The notes under the pieces were generated by a model. That model saw only the letters and a program-made list of their open reading frames with translations, was not told the origin of the DNA and ran no database searches. From positions 351,410 through 415,409 of the IMG/VR virus record IMGVR_UViG_3300050120_000230: a stretch of 64,000 nucleotides of DNA; one strand, written 5' to 3'. Every line of letters begins with the position of its first letter. The first letter of the stretch is position 1. The position numbers and the translations under genes are program-made. Shown here piece by piece: positions 28,498 to 35,771 of the stretch.

Positions 28498-28571
28498 TGG
28501 TACTGACTGTAAGAATCGAACTTACATAAGCGGTTCCACAAACCGCCGCTCTACCATTGAGCTAAGCCAGC
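28498..28571 (-). tRNA. tRNA-His(GTG), alphaproteobacterial type (no G-1, A73)
   Basis: T-GCTGGCT...GCGGT TTGTGGA ACCGC...AGTCAGT-A-CCA. Confidence 0.9.
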
Positions 28572-28579
28572 ATAGACAG

Positions 28580-28661
28580 TGGAGAGGGCTAGGACTCGAA
28601 CCTAGCATAGCTCTATTGGCAACGGCTGGCTGGCCGCCGGGCTCCGCGCCCCATCCTATCC
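28580..28661 (-). tRNA. Degenerate tRNA-like element, anticodon not assignable
   Basis: CTAGG-TTCGAGT-CCTAG T-arm, GGATAGG/CCTCTCC acceptor, 6-nt anticodon loop. Confidence 0.45.
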
Positions 28662-28677
28662 GTAAAGTGCGGTTGCT

Positions 28678-28761
28678 TGGTGGGCCGGGTTGGATTCGAA
28701 CCAACGCGTCTTTCGAAACCGGGTTACAGCCGGTCGCCTTCAACCACTCAGCCACCGTCCC
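28678..28761 (-). tRNA. tRNA-Tyr(GTA)
   Basis: ACCGG CTGTAAC CCGGT; A73-CCA. Confidence 0.92.
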
Positions 28762-28785
28762 ACTAAGGAACCGCACTTTAGTATT

Positions 28786-28862
28786 TGGAGTTCACGGTGA
28801 GACTCGCACTCACTTTAACGAGGGTTGCAATCTCGTGCCTCGGCTTCTTCGGCCTCGTGAAC
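28786..28862 (-). tRNA. tRNA-Cys(GCA)
   Basis: Loop TTGCAAC; U73-CCA; variant T-loop TGCGAGT. Confidence 0.85.
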
Positions 28863-28865
28863 ATA

Positions 28866-28950
28866 TGGTGGGTAGGTGCCGGATCGAACGACTCCCCGCT
28901 AGAGAAGGGATTTACAATCCCCGTGTCAGAACCACTGACTTTACCTACCC
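28866..28950 (-). tRNA. tRNA-Tyr(GTA), second divergent copy
   Basis: GGGA TTGTAAA TCCC; GGGTAGG/CCTACCC-A-CCA. Confidence 0.85.
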
Positions 28951-28954
28951 GTAT

Positions 28955-29040
28955 TGGCGGAAAATGGAGGCATCGAACCTCTGACCTTTCGGTCACTACG
29001 AGTTAGCAACTCGCTCGGGGAGCCAACCCCAGCATTTTCC
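28955..29040 (-). tRNA. tRNA-Ser(GCT)
   Basis: CGAG TTGCTAA CTCG; long variable arm; G73-CCA. Confidence 0.88.
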
Positions 29041-29041
29041 G

Positions 29042-29127
29042 TGGCGGACGGTGGAAGCATCGAACTTCTGACCTTGCGGTCACTACACGCTTCCAACGTG
29101 TTCGGGGAGCCAACCCCAGCACCGTCC
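29042..29127 (-). tRNA. tRNA-Ser(GGA)
   Basis: CACG TTGGAAG CGTG; long variable arm; G73-CCA. Confidence 0.88.
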
Positions 29128-29135
29128 GTTTGTAT

Positions 29136-29223
29136 TGGAGGAAGGTGGAGGCATCGAACCTCTGACCCTTGCAGGTCACTACTGTTTTCGAAACAGTTTG
29201 GGGAGCCGACCCCAGCACCTTCC
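29136..29223 (-). tRNA. tRNA-Ser(CGA)
   Basis: CTGT TTCGAAA ACAG; long variable arm; U73-CCA. Confidence 0.85.
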
Positions 29224-29236
29224 ATAGGAGAATTAA

Positions 29237-29321
29237 TGGCGGTAGGTGAAGGAATCGAACCCTCAACCTTTCGGTTGGGACGGTGTTCAAAACCGCTTGA
29301 CCACCTTGGCCCCCACCTACC
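29237..29321 (-). tRNA. tRNA-Ser(TGA)
   Basis: GCGGT TTTGAAC ACCGT; long variable arm; G73-CCA. Confidence 0.88.
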
Positions 29322-29376
29322 CTCATTAATTCTCCTAGCCTACTTTTTCGTCATCCTTTCCGGCCGCATGGCCAAT

Positions 29377-29405
29377 AAAAAACCCGGTCCTTTGAAGGAA
29401 CCGGG
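29377..29405 (-). terminator. Attenuator terminator 2
   Basis: CCCGGTTCCTTCAAAGGACCGGG-TTTTTT on the minus strand. Confidence 0.85.
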
Positions 29406-29411
29406 AGCATT

Positions 29412-29439
29412 AAAAAACCCGGCGTCCTTGGGAGCCGGG
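29412..29439 (-). terminator. Attenuator terminator 1
   Basis: CCCGGCTCCCAAGGACGCCGGG-TTTTTT on the minus strand. Confidence 0.85.
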
Positions 29440-29467
29440 TGAGAAGTTTTTGAGACCTTTGGGAACC

Positions 29468-29563
29468 TTAGATTTTGGTTCCAGCATCGCTCATACGCTT
29501 CGCACCCTTGCTCGAAGAGCAATGGCTGGAATAGCAATACGAGTATGAACTGATAGCGATCAT
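29468..29563 (-). CDS. Ser/Tyr/Cys/His-rich leader peptide of the tRNA operon (31 aa; not in ORF track)
   Basis: AGGAGG-N7-ATG; MIAISSYSYCYSSHCSSSKGAKRMSDAGTKI*. Confidence 0.85.
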   Translation of the reverse strand: MIAISSYSYCYSSHCSSSKGAKRMSDAGTKI

Positions 29564-29632
29564 GATACTGCCTCCTGCTCGGGTTGACGTTGCGTTAAAA
29601 AGTTGAACGGCCCAAAGCCGCTCTGGAATTTG

Positions 29633-29663
29633 TATTTATGCACGGACTTCAAACGCCGGTCAA
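29633..29663 (-). promoter_or_regulatory. Promoter of leader/tRNA operon
   Basis: TTGACC-N17-CATAAATA on the minus strand. Confidence 0.6.
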
Positions 29664-29691
29664 CATGTTTCGTTGCACGAAAGAAAATTAA

Positions 29692-29925
29692 TCAGAGCCA
29701 GAACATTTTGAAGAGGGCGGCGTCCTCAGAGAACGAGAATTGCAGTTCACATCGGGTCATTTGTTTTTTGATACGAACTGGGTTACCCAACTTATCTAGC
29801 CACTCTTGAACATCCGACGACGGCGTGACCACAAACCACATACTTCGTGGGTTTTCCTCATCTCGGCATCTTGTGAGGAGATGCGGGAACTCCAACTGTC
29901 TCACAAGAATAGTTCGTCTAGACAT
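29692..29925 (-). CDS. Small motif-family protein
   Basis: FSEDAALFKMFWL. Confidence 0.6.
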   Translation of the reverse strand: MSRRTILVRQLEFPHLLTRCRDEENPRSMWFVVTPSSDVQEWLDKLGNPVRIKKQMTRCELQFSFSEDAALFKMFWL

Positions 29926-29928
29926 AGG

Positions 29929-30126
29929 AGACGGTCGATCCCACCAAAAGCAATCCGGCCGAGCACGCAGCCACTAGCATTGTAAAACTCCCCGCTACCG
30001 CTGTGTAGAACAACGGACCTTACACGGGGTCGTGGCTAATCTAGCGGTCTTTCGACCTTCTCATTCAGTTGCAAAGTCCCCGGTATGTGTCTGATGTTTA
30101 ATCCCGAGGAATGGAACCAACCGTCT
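29929..30126 (-). ncRNA. Structured RNA candidate, about 200 nt
   Basis: 17-bp closing helix with G-U pairs; GGTC-GAAA-GACC; nested AGCCAC/GTGGCT, CCCCG/CGGGG, CCGTTGT/ACAGCGG. Confidence 0.55.
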
Positions 30127-30137
30127 TCTACTTTGTA

Positions 30138-30464
30138 TCAGAGCCAGAACAATTTGAACAGCGCGGCATCTTCTACCTTCTCGAACGAGAGGCGGCAGTT
30201 GGACATTCCCGGTCGGACAGTCACCAGACCCTTCATATTTTGAGAACACCATTGCTCAACATCGTGATTGAGCTTGGAAAGAATAAAGACATTTTGATCG
30301 TGCGGATCATCTTGCTCATACGTTTCGAGCAAACGTTCATGCTCGCGGCCGAACAGGCTGATGAGACGATCAGCGGGCGTCATGAGAACCGCTAAATCCC
30401 CGTAGGCAAACCCTTGCGAAATCACTTTCGTTACACTGCCCATTGTTGTTCCAAGCGCATACAC
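30138..30464 (-). CDS. Small motif-family protein
   Basis: FEKVEDAALFKLFWL. Confidence 0.6.
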   Translation of the reverse strand: MYALGTTMGSVTKVISQGFAYGDLAVLMTPADRLISLFGREHERLLETYEQDDPHDQNVFILSKLNHDVEQWCSQNMKGLVTVRPGMSNCRLSFEKVEDAALFKLFWL

Positions 30465-30542
30465 ATCTATCGCCTACAATGTGAACGACAAATAGGGGAG
30501 GCGACCCCGATACGAGTTGCACCCATTGAAATAGACCAACCA

Positions 30543-30956
30543 TCAAGGTCTTTGAAAGGTAGCTAGGCGTTTTTTGACTTCTGTCGCCCGAGCATGGAGT
30601 TGGATCAACATCTCTTTGTTGATTTCCTCCAAGAGGATCGCTGACAGTTCATCTTCCATCGGCAGACTGGTAGGCACCGGCGCGGGTGCTTCAGTGCAAA
30701 CGTAATCCTCGTCGTCGCTCAGGAAAAACTCGCCCCAAAGAAGGCGAATGGTCTCATCGTTTTCGGGTTCGACGAACGACCAGCTATGCCAAGGCCAATC
30801 ATCGTGCTGATAGCCAAGGGTCTGTGTATTGAGCCATTCGTAAAACTTGATGTAGGTCGGACCCGTGCCCCTCGCTCGGAATCTGCGTGTGGTGGCGCCC
30901 TCAAACGTTGTGTGCTTCCACGAAATGATCCCGAGAACGTCAGACACCACGAACAC
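30543..30956 (-). CDS. Hypothetical protein
   Basis: ORF overlapping exonuclease stop. Confidence 0.55.
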   Translation of the reverse strand: MFVVSDVLGIISWKHTTFEGATTRRFRARGTGPTYIKFYEWLNTQTLGYQHDDWPWHSWSFVEPENDETIRLLWGEFFLSDDEDYVCTEAPAPVPTSLPMEDELSAILLEEINKEMLIQLHARATEVKKRLATFQRP

Positions 30957-31419
30957 CTTCGATCAAACTCCGATGACCCTTTTCAATGGCCATATCGTTG
31001 AGCAAATTAAACACCAATTTGGTCAACCTGCAATCCCGCTCACAGTAGATGGACATCGATTTCGACCATTTGGTGAAGTCGGTATGATCGCCCTTGGGGA
31101 AATCAAACAGTTCGCCCCATGACTTCAGCTTGTGGTTCTTCATGCTGACGTAGCGGCGACTCAGATCGAGACACTCAACGATCTGTTCGGGACGAAAAAT
31201 GACCAAACCTTCGGTGAGGCGCTCGATCACAGGCACATCATAGCCTTTGCCGTTGTAGAAAACGACCCGGTCGGCTTCCGCCAGACGCATGAGCCCATCC
31301 ACAACTTCATCGCCATGGTAGTCGTAGAATTCGTCGGACTCGTAATCGAGCACACCAACCATGTGGATAACGGAGGGTCGCAAGGAATCGCATTCCAAAT
31401 CGGCAATCAAAATGGTCAT
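30940..31419 (-). CDS. Stand-alone 3'-5' exonuclease (DEDDy, Pol A proofreading-like)
   Basis: ExoI ADLE, ExoII YNGKGYD, ExoIII YCERD. Confidence 0.8.
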   Translation of the reverse strand: MTILIADLECDSLRPSVIHMVGVLDYESDEFYDYHGDEVVDGLMRLAEADRVVFYNGKGYDVPVIERLTEGLVIFRPEQIVECLDLSRRYVSMKNHKLKSWGELFDFPKGDHTDFTKWSKSMSIYCERDCRLTKLVFNLLNDMAIEKGHRSLIEGVRGV

Positions 31420-31526
31420 AAGGAAATCTGCTTGGTTTCAATTCGACCACCATAAGTCGGTGACGCAGCAGAAATCCATATTTGAGTCATATGGAGCAGG
31501 AAGCCATGCGGCTCCCTGTGCTGATA

Positions 31527-32220
31527 TCCGACTCACTCGCTGTCGCTCGTTCCGTCGTTCATCAGCGTTTCTGAGGAAAGATGAACATCCATCCTTCAGA
31601 AACCTTTTCTTTATATCCTAGATTTCACGTCACTTTCTCCCCCAGACGATTTCTCGAAACGAGAAGGTCTGAGAGAGAATGCGCTACATCCTGAGTTTGT
31701 AGTCGCTCGACAAGCCACGATCCGCGTCTATAGCGGCGGCTGGCGGTTTCCCGATACCAGCTTGTAGCGGCCCCATCTCGGCACGCCCCACCGAAGTTGT
31801 CCGCGTCTAGGGGTTATGTGGCTGGATGTGACAAGCAGTCTTTTGCATCCGCCACGCCTTGCGTCGCGTGGTGAGCGTCTAATGCCAAACGGTTATGAAG
31901 TTGTGGTTCAATCTCGTGCACCTAGCTGTCGAGGAACCGGTGCACGCGGGTGGCTGTCAAATGGATCAAGACAGATTCCACCCTCATTATTTAAGTGCCT
32001 TTTTCGAGACGTTTGTCTCGACGAGCGGCAGCGGGGTCACACGCGAAACCGGGAATTGCACCCGGCCGGGCTTAGCACACAATCTCGGTCGGCCACGCAG
32101 CCTCATAGTCCCGGTCTGCGGCCGAAGCCTAGTATGTCCCGGTGACAGGTTTGCGGTGGGGTGCCGCTATAACCCCGCGTGTATGTCGTGGCTCTTTCGA
32201 GCCGGTTCTTGAGAGTCGGA
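31527..32220 (-). ncRNA. Large structured ncRNA candidate, about 700 nt (strand tentative)
   Basis: No credible ORF; long-range helices 31527-31534/32213-32220 and 31705-31737/32163-32202; many internal hairpins; TAAATA at 32273-32268. Confidence 0.6.
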
Positions 32221-32353
32221 CAGTAGAATCGTTCGAATGACTGAGTCAAAATGATTCACCGGGACGATATTTAGCATTAAGACCACAGTCCTAAATATCG
32301 TTGACTATTCAATATGATATGTTACTCTCAGGGATAAACAAAAGGACTCGGCA

Positions 32354-32855
32354 CATGATCCATCCCATTCTCGATCAGCACGAAGCCATCGCGTGGGACA
32401 TGGACCAGACCCTTGTTGATGGGCCGAACTCCGCGTTTTTCCTCGATTACATTACGCATACTCCCCACAAACGTCACCATGTCGTGACATTCCGCAATAA
32501 AAGCTGGGCGAATACGGCGTGGGCTGAACTCAGAGAGCTTGGACTCGACTCCGCGAAGCTGATCCGCTCGGTCGAAAACTGCCCGGAACCGATCCACGAT
32601 TGCTTCATGATCGACAAGAAGTTCGCCGGGCGCGACGAACGTCACCGCTATTACAACGGCCCGGCGCTGACGCGCGAAGAGTTCGACACCAATTCCAGTC
32701 TTTTCCCTTTATGGAAGGCGGAACGTGCGAAGCAGATCGGCTGCACCATCCTCGTGGATGATATGCCGCAATGGGTGAAGGCCGGATGTGATCTGCATGG
32801 GGTGCAGTTCCTACATGCCTTCGACGCCGTGCCAGAGGCCGCTCAGAGCCGTTAA
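32354..32855 (+). CDS. HAD-superfamily phosphatase-like protein
   Basis: AWDMDQTL, VVT, K, ILVDD. Confidence 0.7.
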
Positions 32856-33208
32856 CGGACTTTTCTGCGGGTCAGGTGGAGTCGGAACGCCCCGCCGCCG
32901 TTGAGGGCTTGTAGGCCGCGCACGGGGGTAAGATTTTCAACCCATAGCGGGAACTCGCGGCGGATCGGCCCACTGAGCCCTGTGATGATGACAACAGACT
33001 TGGCGCCATGCTGCTGAGCGGCGACCACGAAACGTTGGGTCTCGATATGGGCCTGCGCGAGCGTCAGCCCATGCAAATCTAAGGTCTGCCGAAAGGTTTC
33101 GCGCAGACTGGGGGCCACCGGCCGCATCACCGGTGCCACGGAGCCAAACACCAGAGGCAGAATGCTCTCGGTGACTTGCTTCCAAATTTTGTGATCGTCG
33201 GGCGTCAT
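32852..33208 (-). CDS. Smr/MutS2-domain protein
   Basis: LDLHGLT..QA, VIITG, GGGAF. Confidence 0.85.
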   Translation of the reverse strand: MTPDDHKIWKQVTESILPLVFGSVAPVMRPVAPSLRETFRQTLDLHGLTLAQAHIETQRFVVAAQQHGAKSVVIITGLSGPIRREFPLWVENLTPVRGLQALNGGGAFRLHLTRRKVR

Positions 33209-33222
33209 AACGCCCGTATTTA

Positions 33223-33759
33223 CTACCTCAGCATCCGCACATAGATGTGGGCGCCGATGTATTGATGGATCGGGGAGCGATGAGCCCACCGAGGCACGCC
33301 GATTTTGCGGGAAAAGAAGCTGTCCGCTCCCCCGGTCGGGTCGATCTGATCGTCGTCCGTGACGATCTGGCGAGCGTAGTCGAGCATTCGACTCCATGAC
33401 GCTTTCTCCCGTGGCAGGATGCCGGAAACGCCCCTCGTGGTCCAAACGTATTGGCCACGTTCCCAAATGGTCGCGCAATAGTCCTGCGCGGGGCTCTTCA
33501 GAACACGATTGCGCGTCGAGTAGCCTACGGCCTTGATGTCGGCCTCGGTGCTACCGCGAGCTTCGTGGTATTGATTCAGTGCCAGACAGATAATCTGGTT
33601 TTGAGTAGAAACCTCCAAGTCGTCAAAAGTTGCGGGGACGTAGTTTGCCTGTATTGCGGTGAGGGTTTGCTTGAGTGTTGCGGATTTTGCTGGCGTGCCG
33701 AGACCCACGAAGGTGAGAAGTAGCACAGCGATGGCAGCAGCGGTCTTGCGGGATCGCAT
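33223..33759 (-). CDS. Cell wall hydrolase (SleB/Hydrolase_2)
   Basis: Signal peptide; CLALNQYHEARG, NRV, QY.W, DPTGGA..F, IGAHIY. Confidence 0.85.
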   Translation of the reverse strand: MRSRKTAAAIAVLLLTFVGLGTPAKSATLKQTLTAIQANYVPATFDDLEVSTQNQIICLALNQYHEARGSTEADIKAVGYSTRNRVLKSPAQDYCATIWERGQYVWTTRGVSGILPREKASWSRMLDYARQIVTDDDQIDPTGGADSFFSRKIGVPRWAHRSPIHQYIGAHIYVRMLR

Positions 33760-34096
33760 AATTTCTCCTGTAAGTGTTGATGAGACTGCCGATTAAGACG
33801 GTCGGGAGGTCGCCTGTCAACCTCAAAACGTTCCAATTGGGCACGAAAAAGCTCGCGCAAAAAGTCAGGCTATTGATATTTATCAATAATCTGACACAGC
33901 TTAACAACAGATATTGCACTGCAACCGGGAGTTTCGAGTTTCGTTGACCATATCTCATTGATTTTGGTGGACGATTTTTATTGAGAAAGACCCTTGACAA
34001 AAGGTATTGTTGCAACTGGGGAAGAATACTGCGACCACCCGGCGGTACTTCGTTTGAACCCCCATTTCGGGTGACACCATTGTTCTAGGCATTGAA

Positions 34097-34429
34097 ATGA
34101 CTAAGGAAAATAAGGGCCGCCCCGAAGGCAAGCGCGCCCCACGCCGTGTTACGAGCACGGCGGAACTGAAGGACTTGGAAAATTGGCTGGGGACTATTCA
34201 GATCGGCGTCAAGCCGTCCGTGAAGGTCAACGGCTCGCACCATCCCACCGCTCTGCTGGTGGTTGATCTCGGCCAGCCGGTCAAGCAGATTCGGCTCAAC
34301 TCGGAACAGTCCGGCGAACTGGGCCAACGCCTGCGTCGGACGGCCCGTGAGCTTCTCGGCGGACGCGATGTGTCTATTCGTGTCTCGGCTGACAATAGCC
34401 ACGGTATTCACTGGGCCAGCGTTGCGTAA
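34097..34429 (+). CDS. Hypothetical protein
   Basis: ORF. Confidence 0.55.
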   Translation: MTKENKGRPEGKRAPRRVTSTAELKDLENWLGTIQIGVKPSVKVNGSHHPTALLVVDLGQPVKQIRLNSEQSGELGQRLRRTARELLGGRDVSIRVSADNSHGIHWASVA

Positions 34430-34472
34430 ACGCTGAATGGGGCGGTCGGGGTAACTCGACCGCCTTTCCTGT

Positions 34473-34796
34473 ATGATTATCGACGACACAGGCGAACTCT
34501 GCGTGGTTGGGAATATATTTCCCGGCCCGGAATGGGGTGGCGTCGTTAATGTCGAAAATGAAAATGTATCGACCGAGTGGGAGCCCTACAAACTGCATCA
34601 TATGGACAATCCGGTCTTCATAGAACGGTTTGCCGAGATGCACGAATGGTTGACCATTCAAACATCGGCGTTCCGTATGAACCCGGTGACGATGACAAGT
34701 TTCAACACGCGTGAGGCGCCGCAAGTGCTGGCGCTCATGATCCAGCTACCCGAAACTCTCGGTGTGCTGTTCAAGCTTTACTGGTATTCGGACTAG
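34473..34796 (+). CDS. Small motif-family protein
   Basis: LGVLFKLYW. Confidence 0.55.
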   Translation: MIIDDTGELCVVGNIFPGPEWGGVVNVENENVSTEWEPYKLHHMDNPVFIERFAEMHEWLTIQTSAFRMNPVTMTSFNTREAPQVLALMIQLPETLGVLFKLYWYSD

Positions 34797-34836
34797 ACGT
34801 AGTTGACGAGTTTCGTTCCCGTGATACTATCGTGGG

Positions 34837-35058
34837 ATGATGAATTTTGCCTTATACTTTTCCGCGCTGATCTGCACCATCTGTTGGTTCGTCTATAGGG
34901 CGTTCACCGGTATGAATGGTTGGGCCGCCACGGGTCTATGTATTCTGTCCCTGATCGGCATCACGGTTCTTGCGATTGCGCTGGTGTTTTTCACAGCGCA
35001 GATCGGCCCGCGTTCTGGGCAAGACAAATACAATAACCACAACAGGTCAGGAACTTAA
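34837..35058 (+). CDS. Small two-TM membrane protein
   Basis: TTGACG-N16-TACTAT promoter just upstream; hydrophobic. Confidence 0.5.
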   Translation: MMNFALYFSALICTICWFVYRAFTGMNGWAATGLCILSLIGITVLAIALVFFTAQIGPRSGQDKYNNHNRSGT

Positions 35059-35070
35059 GCTCTGAAATAG

Positions 35071-35442
35071 CTAGAACCATCGCATCTTGAAGTGAATGGC
35101 TTGTGCCGCATCTACGAAGATCAGCAGAAGGTCTTCTTCGAATTCCAATACGCGAGTTTCTATCTTCATTTCCGGCGTATGAGCAGCTACCCATGCTTGC
35201 ACTTCGGGATTCAGAGATGAATCGTCATCGAACTGCCAAGTCATGATGTCTTTATGATCGGCATAGAGTAGAGGCACTTCCACTTTCTCAAGTCGAGTAG
35301 GGCACGGTGGCAGGCCATCAGTTTCGAACTCAGGTCGGCCAGCCCCACACCATCGATTCGGTGGCGCCCGTCCATCTTGCGTGAAGATGCGCTCGCCTTC
35401 CATAATCCAATTGCAAAGATAGCAATCGTCGAAAACGATCAT
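35071..35442 (-). CDS. Small motif-family protein
   Basis: FVDAAQAIHFKMRWF. Confidence 0.6.
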   Translation of the reverse strand: MIVFDDCYLCNWIMEGERIFTQDGRAPPNRWCGAGRPEFETDGLPPCPTRLEKVEVPLLYADHKDIMTWQFDDDSSLNPEVQAWVAAHTPEMKIETRVLEFEEDLLLIFVDAAQAIHFKMRWF

Positions 35443-35771
35443 CCAAACCAGCGCATTTTGAACAGAAGAGCATCGTATTCGCTATCGAATACGATTTGCA
35501 TGTAGGTTGAAGAAATCATCTGATCCCACTCCCCATTTTTACGACGAAATTGGTCAATTCTGAGAGAGTGGGGGTTGGGGCACCCCCAGTCGCGGCCGGT
35601 TCGTTTGCTCTTTCCCGCAACCTGTTGTTCGCTTGTGAACACAAGTTTCCACGGAGAACGCAGGTTTTCGCCAGCCCAATCTAGGATGTCATCTCGTAGG
35701 GCGAAAAATCTCTTATTCGGATCGTCACCATAATCTTCGTAGAAAGTGCGATCAAGAAAGAGGATGTTCAT
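35439..35771 (-). CDS. Small motif-family protein
   Basis: FDSEYDALLFKMRWFG. Confidence 0.6.
   Translation of the reverse strand: MNILFLDRTFYEDYGDDPNKRFFALRDDILDWAGENLRSPWKLVFTSEQQVAGKSKRTGRDWGCPNPHSLRIDQFRRKNGEWDQMISSTYMQIVFDSEYDALLFKMRWFG

Noticed and set aside
28955-29223. Three similar units resembling a CRISPR array
   Set aside because: Each unit folds as a complete tRNA-Ser; no cas genes are present.
28522-29537. ORFs across the tRNA array, including apparent peptide repeats and the 65-aa ORF 29340-29537
   Set aside because: They are translations of tRNA genes or terminators; the RBS-supported leader is in another frame (29563-29468).
31420-32300. tmRNA or RNase P RNA
   Set aside because: No tRNA-Ala-like ends and no GAGGAAAGUCC core with its partner were found; left as an unassigned ncRNA.
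33760-34090. AT-rich intergenic stretch as replication origin
   Set aside because: No iterons seen; adequately explained as a divergent promoter region.
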